Origin: the human T2T-CHM13v2.0 reference genome, Homo sapiens
Assembly (NCBI RefSeq): GCF_009914755.1
Contig: NC_060931.1
DNA length: 64,000 nucleotides
Direction: 5' to 3' (one strand)
Below are positions 14,406 to 27,645 of this stretch, piece after piece. A program made the translations under genes and the position numbers. A model generated the notes under the pieces. The model ran no database searches and had not been told where the DNA came from. It worked only from the letters and a program-made list of their open reading frames with translations. The number at the start of each line of letters is the position of its first letter. Position 1 is the stretch's first letter.

Positions 14406-16084
14406 AAGGGCAATTGAGTGGCCCTTCCACCAGATGATGTCCTGGTGTCTAGAAATAGATGAATTTTGATTGTTTTTGGCAATTATCTTAAAGATTTCAT
14501 ATCCAGAAACTTCAATTTCATAATTTTTCTGATTAGCCCATTCCATTTTATTCAGTTGCTTTGATGATAATCAATAATAGTAATATTGTTGACTTCATAC
14601 AGAAGAAAAGAAGATAACTTTTAAACAATTTTAATATTTCCAAAAGATGTTTTATGATCATTTTTTACATAAATATTATATTCTTTGAATAGATTATCTG
14701 AAATAGAATTCCAGGACCAAAGATTATCTACCACTTTAAGCCTTAGATTGTAAAATGGTCTCTTAAAAAAGCACATCAGCTCAGACCCAGATTTATAATG
14801 TTCTGACTAAATTATAACATTTTATTTAATTGTCGATAAAAAGCACACTGTTTCACACATAACACAAATTTAACTTTTTAAATTTAAATACCTTAAAGGG
14901 TCAATTATTGCAAAAGACAGATTGAGACATTCAACAAACATTTCTTGAATACCTAATATGTACAAGACCCCATCCCAGAAAACTATATAGAGTTATAGAA
15001 ATTAAATTAAGTGAAAAAATGAGTATGTAAACATCAAAATAAAAAAGTTAGTTTGGAGTCAAATGTAAGCATTTGTTCTTAAAAATATTATGGTTTCCTC
15101 CAGGATTATTCTTTAGTAGTACTTGCCAATTTTTTCTCAGAATGTGTTGTCCTATGGTTTGCTTTTTTTAATTTCACAAATGTCAGAGGTACAAAAGAGT
15201 CTTACACCTTTTCTTGCAGGATTTCTAAAAATCGTATTTAGTCATCAAGACCAAATTTATCATCAAACCTTAACCCCTGAAACCAAGAAATTTATGTATA
15301 CATTTTATTTATATTTTCATTTATATTTACATCTCAGCAGTGGCAAATGATACTTATATGGTTTTATGTATTTTGTACAGAATCACCATAGGATTATTGT
15401 TTTGATGTATCTAATATTAGACTGTCTAGTTAGCAAGATAATTGGAAGAATTTTACAAATTTCTGTAATATTTTAATTCTTATCTAATTGAATTAACTCC
15501 TTAGCTTCAAAGTCCCTAATAAAAAGTATAAAATAATCAAAAGTATTTTTAAAAAGCTTTTAATTTTTAAAGTAAATAATATACGGTTTATTCACTCATA
15601 CATTAAGAACTTGTGAAAACAGAAACATACTTCATAATGTTAAGTTAAAATTGTTCTATTTTAGTTTTCAAATATTTTTAATTTTCTTCAAGGAGAAATG
15701 TTAAATGAAATTATAACCATTAGTTTTTATAATTTTGAAAAATTTTCTCTATTACTCTGATACTTTAGAGAGCCACAATTTTCACAAATCTTTGACATTT
15801 TAAGTTGTTTCTTGATATTTTCTTAAATTAAAAACCATGTTTATTCAGATTTATGCACATCTTTATTTCAGATAAACTATTGCTACAACTTGGTTAAAAC
15901 AAAAATAAATATTTTACAATTTTTAAAATGCTGGCTTATATTAAAGTTGGTTTACATTAGAAAAAGGCTCAAAGAACTTGTATTGGAATTCTTCTACCAA
16001 TAAATTCCATCTTCTACCAATAAATTCATGAAAACATTTAAAACTTTATAAGTAATCAAATAAAACTAAAATAATCTAACACTG

Positions 16085-16462
16085 TGTATTAGTCCATTTT
16101 TACACTGCTAATAAGGCCATACCCAAGACTGGGTAATTTACAAAGGAAAGAGTTTTAATTGACTCACAGTTCAGAATGGCTGGGGAGGCCTCAGGATCCT
16201 CACAATCATTGTGGAAGGGGAAGCAAACACGTCCTTCTTCACATGGCAGCAGCAAAGAGAAATGCTGAGCAAAAGGGGGAAAATCTCCCTATAAAACTAT
16301 CAGAGCTGAGAACTCAGTCACTATCATGAGAACAGGAGCATGGAGGTAATCACTCTAATGATTCTATTACTTTCCACCCTGTCTCTCCAATGGCACGTGG
16401 GGATTATGGGAACTACAACTCAAGATGAGATCTGGGTGGAGACACAGAGCTAACCCATATTA
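16085..16462 (-). mobile_element. THE1C-like solo LTR
   Basis: TGTATTAGTCCATTTT...CCCATATTA (antisense THE1 LTR); 5-bp TSD CACTG/CATTG. Confidence 0.92.
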
Positions 16463-17120
16463 CATTGCAACACTGTTATTCTCCTTTCTCCAATTGGCTA
16501 CATTTTAATAAATGATAATATGCCACTTTCAGCAATGACCTTGGAGTGAAGTACTCTGGCTCCCCGCTGGTAGAAGTCCAAGCACGGCTTTTTGAAAAGG
16601 TTAAGATGTGACCTATCCTTTAACTCGGCAATTCCACTATTGTGAATTAATCATAAAGAAGTAATGAGCATTTACAAAAATGTGTATGTGTTTGTATATC
16701 AGTGTGTGTGTGTGTATGTGCACACACACATCCACATACAAATATGTGCCCTCATGTGTGTGTGTGGACAAGAAGTCAGAGGCAATAGATTGAGGAGTAA
16801 ATGGTGACAAAGGCATTGATTGTAAACAAGTCTTCCTAGGAAATTACTTATGAAAGATAGAAGAACAAAGTAGCTGGAGCAAGAGGTAAGACCTGAGGAA
16901 TCTTTTTATGTTAGGGAAGATTTGAACCTGCGTAAACATTAATGAGAAAGAACAAATAGGCTAAAATAGATGAGACCAAAGGAGAAGTGAAGGAGGAGTT
17001 CACCAAGAAGCGAGAGGTATAGAATTGGCAGCACAGGTGGAGGAAGCACCTATTACATTGGGCTGGGAGGGAGTGAGGTACAGATTGGCACATGTGTGGG
17101 ATGGTGAGGGTGGAAGGGTG

Positions 17121-17125
17121 AGAGA

Positions 17126-17159
<34 letters not shown>
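17121..17159 (+). repeat. (GA)n microsatellite
   Basis: Direct reading. Confidence 0.9.
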
Positions 17160-17417
17160 TCAGAAAGGAGACATGGGGAGATATGGAAAATTTAACCAGA
17201 GGCAAAGCCACAAATTTCTGCTTTGGGAAATGTATTTTTAGTATTAAATGCGTCACGTGCAAAAAAAAAAAACAACAAAAATCAGAACTCATTCCATCTG
17301 TATTATAAGGACTGATATTTTCCTAAGACTGCCTAATAATAATAAAAAAGATTATTCACAACTATAACTAGGCCAAGTGTAATATAAAAATGTAAGATAA
17401 TTTCTTATGATTTTGAA

Positions 17418-17627
17418 CAGGAGTTGATGATCTTTATCTGTGAAGTGCCAGCTAGTAAGTATTTCGGCTCTGTAAGCCACACAATATATGTCTCAAATAC
17501 TCAATCCTGTGATTGTGGCTGTAACACAAAATCAGCCATGGATTATACCTAAAGAAATGGGGGTGGGTGTGTTTCAATAAAATTTTATTTACAAAAATAG
17601 ATGACGGGCCAGATGTGCTAACTTCTG
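17418..17627. mobile_element. MER58A (hAT-Charlie)
   Basis: CAGGAGTTG...GCCAGCTAGTAAGTATTT...CAATAAAATTTTATTTACAAAAATAGATGACGGGCCAGAT; opposite orientation to the MER58B at 35.3 kb. Confidence 0.82.
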
Positions 17628-17789
17628 GTGTGAAATAAAATCAGTGAAGAACTTGACACTGGTAAGCTAAATTTTTGTTCTCTCAGGGTATTTTAAGCTC
17701 ATGCCTGATTATCATTATATATTTCTGTGGATCAAAGAGATTTTCTTCTATTTATAGCAGAACAAGGGAAAGAACACCTATTCTGCGGT

Positions 17790-17940
17790 CTGTGGTCCTA
17801 GATTTTAAGGACGACCCTTTTACTTGTACTGGCCGGTTACTTAAAACCTCTGAGCCCTAGTTTCCTTCTTCGTAAAACAAGGCGATGACCCTGTATTTAA
17901 TCCTCACAGATCAGAATGAGAATAAAATGTAAATACTATA
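17790..17940 (+). mobile_element. MIR core fragment
   Basis: GTTACTTAAAACCTCTGAGCCCTAGTTTCCTTCTTCGTAAAA. Confidence 0.6.
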
Positions 17941-19899
17941 AAAATGGTATATTATTCATACATAAGGAAATGGTCATTTGCAACCAAATCAGAAAATGTT
18001 AGTTCGATCTCCTTATGTGTAAGACCTTGACATTATATATACATATATATGTGTATATATACACATACATATGTAATAGTTGTAACTATTAAGTGAAATA
18101 ATAATATATGCAAAGTGCTTGGCTGCAGTGCCTAATATACCTTATATGCTCAGTAAATGCCAGATAATGTTCTTAATTTCTAAAGGCCCATTAAAATTCT
18201 CCAGTGCTTGTGACACATAGCGCCTGAAGGGGCAAAATCAAGTTATTCCAAGTCAAGCACAATGCTGGCAATGCCAGCCATGGGCAGGGCAGTCACAGCA
18301 ACATACCTTTTAAGTAAGCCTCCCAGGGCTGCTTTGCAAATGGCGTAAGAAATGGGTATTGACAATTGTCATGGAGCCCAGTGACTCGGAAGCTGAGTTT
18401 TGCGTTCTGAGTTGAATATCAGGAGAGAGTTTTCATTCTTCTATGATTTGGAAGTTACAGCCCCAGACTAAAAGGAAGGCATCTGTTTGATTCTATAGTA
18501 ACACAAACATAAAGAGACCAGATGAGACGGCATAGCTACCCCGGGGCAGTTTTAAATTAAACTGCAAATGTACTCATCAGCCCTTTGGAGGAACATTTGC
18601 CCCTATTTGTTCAGTATGTGCAGTTTGTTCACCAGACCAGGGAATGCTTAGTTATTATGTGATTCCACCCCATTAAAGTTCTTCAAGCCACCCAGGAGAG
18701 GCAGGGTAAGCAGCAATCGGTTTTCCATGGATGAAGAAGGATTCAATGAGGGAGAAATGGGCAGTGCAGGAGCAATTCTAACTCATTTCTGAGTAAATAT
18801 ATAGAAAACTTTGTGTCAGGTGTGATTCAACAGAAGGAAAAGCATTCTCTATAACAGTTAACCTACATTTCGAGCAAAGAGTGGGCTTTTGTTCCTTGTC
18901 TTTTAAACATTTTTATTTTTAGTTTTTATCTCAGTGAAATCAGTGGGAATCTACACTGATGCCAGGTTATGCGGTGTTATTCAAACATGAACCTTCACCT
19001 GGGACACCTGTTATCTGCAACAGAGATGATTTGGCTTTTGGCACTTAATAAGCTATTTGCCCTCTATAGTTTTAAATCCCAGGCTTTCATATAGACTTGT
19101 TTTTGACATGGTGCATTTTTAGATCCTGAATATGAAGATAATACGCACTATGCATTTGGTTCAAACATCGGATACAAGTGTCCATTGAAAGTCAATTCTC
19201 CCTCTCATTTTCTGTATCAAATAGATAAGATTTTTCACATGGATCTTTTGTCATGTTCATATTCATCATCTCAAAAATTCATGACACTTATTGTTTATAA
19301 TATTTATTTGTAATCATTCAATTGTAGAACTTTTTAAAAATGTTAAAAAATAGTAACTTAACAAGACTATAGTGACCATGAATAGAGGAAGGATTCAAAC
19401 CCAGATCTTCTGACTCCGAATAAGTTTTTAAAATAGTATTTCTTATTCAGAATGATCAACTTTAACATAAATAAAAACACTTAAAATAGAAGGGTATTGA
19501 TATAAAGAATGATATGATATAAAGAACACAGAAAATATATTGTATAAGAAGTTTGCTTCAGTCTGTATTTCTGTAAATGATTATTTCCAAAGCTGAAGAT
19601 CAAAGTAAACCCACATGTGTGTGGGGTGTGTTCACAAATTATATTAAACTTGTGTCTCCCTTCTGGCAAATTGGCTATAGATAAGAAATGTAAATCACAT
19701 AAGATGCTACACGTTGGTTTACATGAGCCTCTATATCTTCCTAAGCACACATATCCACTGGCAACCACAAGAATGCGATGTAGGCACAATACTAGTCGAT
19801 TTAATGTGATTCTATGATTCTCGTTTATAGAACTGGAGGTTTCGCATTTCCCATTCCTACCTAATTCAATAACTCAGATTGCTTGATTTACTTTTAGAG

Positions 19900-20110
19900 C
19901 AATGATTCCCTCCTGGGAGCAATTTTGCTTCCTAGCAAAATTTGGCAATGTCTGGAGACATTTTTGTTTGTCACAAGAGGGGGTTGTGTGCTACTGGCAT
20001 CTTGTGGGTCAAGGCCGTGGATACTACCAAATATCCTATAATGTACAAGACAGTCACCCACAACTAAGAAATATCCTGCAAAATGTCAGTGGCACCAGAG
20101 GAGATGAATG
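19900..20110. mobile_element. MER20 (hAT-Charlie)
   Basis: TTTGGCAATGTCTGGAGACATTTTTG...TGCTACTGGCATC...CAAAATGTCA matches the consensus. Confidence 0.88.
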
Positions 20111-20319
20111 CAAACATGCTAACCACATTCCTAGAGACTAGTACGTGAACCAGAATGCCATTTATTAATTTGCAATGATAGCTAGAACTGTCAAGGGGAC
20201 CAAGACAATCATATTTACTGATGAATATATTTACTCCCTCTGGAAAACCTATACAAAAAGCCAAATTAGAACCAGACATTTATTTGCTAAACATAAAGTC
20301 AATTCTAAGAAGATAGATA

Positions 20320-20515
20320 CTCCTCATAGAACTTATCACAATGAAAACTGATCATTTGTGTGATTATATATGTATTCCTCCTCTTTAAGTCTAAAAACTC
20401 TATTGGGATATGGAACCTATCTCAATATGCATCATCTTAACCAAGGCATCTAACTGTACTGCCTGTCATGTAGTAGGTACTAACAAATGTTTATTGAATC
20501 CATGAATGAATGAAT
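20320..20515 (+). mobile_element. L2 3' end
   Basis: GCCTGTCATGTAGTAGGTACTAACAAATGTTTATTGAAT...(TGAA)n terminus. Confidence 0.7.
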
Positions 20516-20938
20516 CTTTAATGTTTCAGTTTAAAAATACATATTAAACGTATAACATATACAAAGCACAATTTGAAGCACTGGGATTACAAAATATAAT
20601 AAGATAATCCCTACTTGTGTGGAAGTTCCTGAATTCTGATGGACTAGATGGACACTTCCAGTTATGTCAGGCTGCTGAAGCCATAGCCTGCCCTGCCAAC
20701 AGGCACCATGAAAGAGCTGAGCCTCAGCAGCCATGTTAGGTATCATGTGACTCTGTGCCTTGACCACATTTGAATGGACTGAGGTGAAAGAGTATGAAAG
20801 CAGGAACTGGCGGCATCCTATCATCTGAGCTTTAGCAAGAAGATGTGGACCCTGACAAATCAGATTCCTGTGCTTGGGTATTTAAATAAAAATACTAAAT
20901 GACTGAATTAGAAGTGTAAAGAGAAGTTGCAAAGATAC

Positions 20939-21375
20939 TGTAGTGGTTTGAATGGTGGCCCCCCAAAAGACATCCACCCAGTACCTGTGAATGTGACCTA
21001 ATTTGAAAAATGTCTTTGTACTGGTAATTAAGTGAAAGATTTAAAGATGAGATCATCCTGAATTAAGTGGGTGGTCATAAATCCAATGAGCGTGTCTTTA
21101 TGCAATAGACAGAAAGGTAGAGGACACACAGGAGAGGTTCATGTGAATGAAGGCACAGACAGACAGTGCACATATGTAGCCACAAACCAACGGAGGCCTG
21201 GAGCAACCAGAGGCTGGAAGAAGGAAGGAAGGATCCTCCCCTGGAGACTTCAGAGGGAGTGTGGTCCTGCCGACACCTTGATTTTTGAACTTCTGGCTTT
21301 CAGAACTGTCAGAGAATATGTTTCTGTTTCTTTCAGGCCCCACACTTTGTTACGGAGCCTTAGGAAACTAATATA
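20939..21375 (+). mobile_element. MLT1C-like solo LTR, apparently nested in an older degenerate ERVL-type LTR (~20600-21710)
   Basis: TGTAGTGGTTTGAATGGTGGCCCCCCAAAAG...GGAAACTAATATA; TSD GATAC/AATAC. Confidence 0.87.
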
Positions 21376-23473
21376 AATACCTAGAAAGAAGAAATATATA
21401 GGAGTAAAAGTCATGAACGGCAGCTTGCAACCACTGATGTTACATTGAACAAGGAACTGAATAAACAAAAAGCTTTGCAGTAGGGAAATAACACAGTCTG
21501 GAGGAAAATACTGAGCCAGTCAGTGGTAAAAGACACATAGAATTGGATCATAGAGAGCAGCCACGTCACTTCTCTGGTTAAGTTCTGGTGTAAAGATACA
21601 CAGATTCCTGCTCTTGATAATCCTGCTGCTTTGGAAGAAGCTTTTATTTCCTGCTTATCCATTAAGAAGTCAGGCATGTTTGGGGTTTATATTTGTTTAA
21701 TCTTACAGGAAACTTCCCATCATTTCCTAAGGCTGAAACATTTTGTAAAGAATTGTAAATAGAAAATTGCAATATAAAACAGAAAGTAGTAAACAAGTCC
21801 AGCATGCCAATGAACTAATGGACTCCAAACAGGAACACTTGGTCTGGCTAGAAATTTCATGAAAAGCTTCCTGGATGAATTCATTAAATTATCCCTGGCA
21901 TATCTTGAAAGTGGAGTGGGTACTTTTCAACTGACTAATAAGAGATGAAAGGACAAGAAAGAAAAATTTTCAAAAAAGAAAATAAAAAGAAAACTGAAAG
22001 CAGAGATGCATAAAATCATTTGGGTTATCATCTTACTATGTAACGGGATCGAGCTATGGGCACGTGAGGGAGACACAGAAGCAAAAGATACTGAAATGTT
22101 ATTGTCAGCAGATTAGCATGCCCTGCCTCCCACAGACTTTTTTTGGTTCTATGATAAGCAACCTCTTGAGACAACTGATGTGCCTATAGTTTTAGATGGG
22201 CTAATACAATTCCATTCCTATGAGATTGCTTCAAAGTTACTAACTCAAGATATATTTGAGATTTTTCCATTTTGCCCCTTCTGCAGATAGCTGATGTAAT
22301 TTCCTGCATTTCTTCTTCCCAATCTTTTGACAAAGTAAACATTTGAAATTCTGAGTGTCTTGAAATATAGGGAAACAAAGGTCTCTGTTCTTTTTTTCTG
22401 GAATTTGAATTAATGCCTTTTATGTAACATCAGTGTGAAGATGATGAATAAAGAATACTCCATAGATGAGAAATCAAAGGAGAAGAAAAGTTTAAAAAAT
22501 ATATGTGAAAATAATCTATAAAATAGTAATGTTCTATCAGACTCCCACTCACTAAAAAAATGAAAAAAGTGTGGTTTCTATTTAGTCCCTTTGGTTGTAA
22601 GTAAATGATGTGTCTAGTCTGTGCCAAACACTGTGCTAGCTTCTTAGTATAAAAAGGTAACTAAAAGCACAGCTTCACTCAAACATAAATTATGATTTAG
22701 TATGTCTTGAAGGTATCATTTTGCCTGACAGTATAAGCAAAAAGCAGAAAATAGTGATTGATTAACCTTATTTTGTAGTGATGCAGGAATCTAATAAACC
22801 CAAATTAAGGATTGAAATGAAGATAACAAAATTGAAGTAACCAATATTTCTGGTTGGAGCCCACTTTTATTACAGCGCTAAAAATAGTCATTGACATAAG
22901 AAAGGATAGATGAATGCCATCTTGTTATTTTCCAGCACTGAGATAGGTTTAGATGAGTATGTCGGAGATAGGAACATTAAGAAGTTGGTAGCCCTCGCAC
23001 ATATGATGAATAAAGATAGATCATTATAAATGGCTTCAAAACTCTTTTCTTCGAAGGTTCTTACTGGGCTTATTATAAAAGGAACAAAGATTGTTAGAAG
23101 ATATGCTGTCTTCACTGTCTCAAAAACAATACTTTTTGAAACCTTCTCAAGAATATAGTGAAATGGATAAAGAACCTCTCTGAGAAACTCCTGTTGTCAT
23201 TGGATTTTGAAAGTTGTCATAAACCACCTCTGTACCTAACCTAAATAATGAATGTTGTTGTCTTTGTTGTGTTTAAAATATAAGTATTGCTACCAAGTAT
23301 ATTACAATATTATGCTGTATCACTAATGTAAAATTGTGTTTTGTTAAAACAAAGTTATGCATTTTTATTGAAAATAAATATGGAATAATATAAATGTTTA
23401 GAAGCTGGTTAGAAGAAATTATTCATCTTTTTCATAGAAGTTCTTGTTACTTCATTAAAAAATTCATTTCCTT

Positions 23474-23475
<2 letters not shown>

Positions 23476-23509
<34 letters not shown>
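23476..23509 (+). repeat. (AC)17 microsatellite
   Basis: Direct reading. Confidence 0.95.
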
Positions 23510-23511
<2 letters not shown>

Positions 23512-24859
23512 CCACACACTAATCAGTTTCTGTGAACAGGTAACTTTGTAGTATCCTATTTGTATCCACATTTATATCCATGTTATTAGAAATTCTAATA
23601 ATCTTATTTAAAGGTAGAAATTTCCAAGTTAAAAATTAATATTCAAGTTAATGAAAAAATAATTTGTTTAGAATTTCCACATGAATAAGACATAAAAATA
23701 ATAAGTATAATTTATAAAAGAGGGAATAAAATTGCAAAGTACAGAAAAAATATAACTGTAGTAGTCATCAAAGAAATGCTAATTTAAACATGGACACAAT
23801 TTTTCATTCAGCAAAATTATTTTGCAACCTTTTAAAAAATAATATGCATAATAATTTTTAAAACATGCTTAAGGAATCAATCAATAATTATAAATATATA
23901 AATAGGATATTAGACATCTAAAACAAACTTAAAAAAATATATAATGTAGAAAAAAGTACTATATACTAATAAGTGAAAGGAACTGTAGAATTATAAATTA
24001 CTATACGTATCATATTATGAATATACTATAATTATGTTATAAATGTTAAAAGTTTAAACTAGATTGAAGTAACTATACCAACATGTTCAATTAGCAGTGT
24101 TTAAGTTAACGGTAGGATTTTTACTGTGTGTGCGTGTCGATGTGTGTGTGAATGTTTGTGTGGAAGTCACGTCTATCTTTTTTAGTAAAAGCAGTTGCTT
24201 TTATCAGAACAATTCTTGTCCGACCAAATCAGGAAACTCCAAAATTCAGCTAAAATATGACATATGCAAAAAACAATAGGTGAGAAAATACTTTCCAAAA
24301 ATACTTTATGTAAGTGGAAGTGATAATTGTTGTCTTTGCAATGATCAAGAATGAGCCTTAAGTGAAGTAGTTGATACGAACTTTTATTTTCTTTCCTACT
24401 TTCTTTTTTTCTATATTTCTTCCTCCCTGTCAACAGGTGTCTGCCCTTTTTTCACGTCTCAAGGAATTAATTCCTATCTCACTCTTCTTCTGTCATCAAT
24501 ACTTGCCTTTTGATATTAAGGCCAGGTGAATTGCTGATCACTCCCTGCACTTGGCCGCTCCTATCTTGTCTTGCAGCCACATGAATTAGGTACTAGTAAT
24601 GAACCCTCATTGGAGAGTCTGAGCCTCAGTGATTCTGAATTCTGTCTCCACATTATGTATCATTTGGGCAGATTTTCATAAGTAGGGTCATCGGCTGCCC
24701 ACTTCATGCATGCTTTCACACCTCCACCCCTAGAATCTGATCCTTACTTTTCTGGAATATGGTTCAGGCATAGACATTTTCAAAGCTCCTGGGGTTGTTT
24801 GGAGGCCCAGCCAGCTTTACTAACTCCTGGCCTAATCCTACCAATAGAATCTCATTCTC

Positions 24860-25259
24860 TTTGCTACAGTGCTTGCTGCAAGCTTGGGAAGCTCTAAGCC
24901 ATTCAGTGACCAGCCACAGGGACTGGCTCAGGAACCTTCTGAGCCAAAGAGACACCATGCAAGATTACCTGAGGAACTTCTCAGGGTGAGGATGGGAGCA
25001 GAAACTTCCTTTTCCTTTCCTGAACATTTCAGAAGTGACCGTCAATTCCTGGAAACCTTGGCCATCTTGCTCCCTCTGTGAGGATGAGGGTTGACCTACA
25101 AGAATTACAGAGAGAAGGAGGCAGAATTCTACATGGGCCAAGGCGGGTCACAGCTCTATGTTTAATTTTTTAGATCATCTGAACCAAAATATATGCATTT
25201 TTCTGGTGTTAGTTCAAGTTTGATTTTTCTGTTAAAACGAGTACATTCCAATGAACACA
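24860..25259 (+). mobile_element. Old MaLR LTR (MLT1J/K/L-like), degenerate
   Basis: GACCAGCCACAGGGACTGGCTCAGG, GGCCATCTTG, 3' end GTTCAAGTTTGATTTTTCTGTT...AACACA. Confidence 0.45.
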
Positions 25260-25484
25260 GTTTTTCTTCACACAGAGGTGTAAAAAATTGATATGACATA
25301 ATATGATCCTATAACCAGAGGTATTTTCATTTTAATAAAGGTTGAGTAACTTCCTACTAAATAATAAACCTTTTATGGTAGAATTTTAAGCATCGGCAAG
25401 CTGATGAGGTAAAGAGGGTACTTTCCTGGCATTTCTGAAATCAATTTTAACTAATTGAACACTTAACAAAAATATATTGAAATT

Positions 25485-25990
<506 letters not shown>

Positions 25991-27408
25991 CTATTTTATT
26001 ATAAATTGTACCTTACCATATGCCTATATGCTTTGTTCCTCTTAGTAACATAGTAGAGACCTAAAAGCCCTAAAATCAAAAAGTAAAGGAAGAGGAGAAA
26101 GAAAAAGTTTATGTTAGCATTGCTGTTTGAGTCTCCACAGATGTATGTTCATCAGTGCTTGCCTATTGACCAGTCTTTTATTTGATAGCTGGTAGACATG
26201 TGAACACACGCCAATTGTGTATAGACTCATGACAATGCTACACCTAAATGGTCTCGCTTATCCGTGATCTTTCACCTCTGACCGGACGTTTGTATCTTTT
26301 GCCCCCAACGTGGCAGCTAAAAAGGCAAAGGAGAAATGTTTTAAAGCTCCAAAGCAAAGCTTGGTTCTCTGATGCTTGCAGACACTGTCTACATACCTAG
26401 CTCCATCGACTGCATCTGTGACCTTGTCTGTCTCTCCTCCTGGTATGAAATGATTATATGTAGGCAGAGACTTTCCAAACCTGCCAACACTTTGGATAAT
26501 TGTTAAAACAGGTTTAATGTGTAGGTGAAATCCAAACCAAAAGTTAGGACACAGAAAAGTGATTCAGGGAGGTGCATTTATACTATTTCATTTGATATTA
26601 ATGAAGTTTTAAAAACTGAGATTATGTCCTAGAGTAACATATGTTTGCTCTCAGAAAAATCACTAGATAAGATAAGGGACTATTTAGGAGTAAGTTCCTG
26701 AGACATCTGGAATTTTCTATCAGTGATACCGTTCCCTATCAGTTAAAGGTAGGCTACAGTTTTAAAATGGACAAAATTCTGTGTATGAGTTTTGAGTAAT
26801 AGATACTGTGGCTGTATTCTTAAAACACAGAATGCTCCAGTAATAGGTCAGAGTATTTGAAGTTTTGAAACATCCTAGTGAAGTTTGAACTACACATTGC
26901 TGAAGTTAGGACTGCTGTCTTCTACGTGGCACAGCTGAATTTGGTAGATGATTCCAATGATTAATTTTAATATTAAAGTTTTACATTTTAAATAAAACAT
27001 GATCCTGAAACTAGAATATCACATCTTCAAATATTTATAAAACGCTGTGTCCTAAGTCCTAGCAATTATTGTAAGACACATAACATTGCCTGAAATTATT
27101 TAGATGGACACAGTGAATGTTTACGTAACCTTTTAATAGGAAACTCGAGTTTTGTGTTCTCTTCAATACAAGCTAAGACACATTTCTAACTAAGTTGATA
27201 TTTAAAATACATACCACCTAAGTGAACACTTTGTAAGTTCAAATTTGGTATTATTGTGAAAACTTAAAAACATCAAATATACCTTTGAAAGTTTCAAGTG
27301 AATATTGACTCCTAAATGAGTATGAAACAGATCAGACAATTCCAAATCTCTATTTAATTCAACATTTATTTATACTACTAACATCATGGGAGAAAAATGA
27401 GTGGTTCT

Positions 27409-27645
<237 letters not shown>

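Noticed and set aside
22888-23115. 75-aa minus-strand ORF in unique sequence
   Set aside because: Non-ATG start, no convincing splice signals, and no recognisable homology.
26390-26460. Possible 43-nt minus-strand exon
   Set aside because: Weak polypyrimidine tract and no recognisable peptide.
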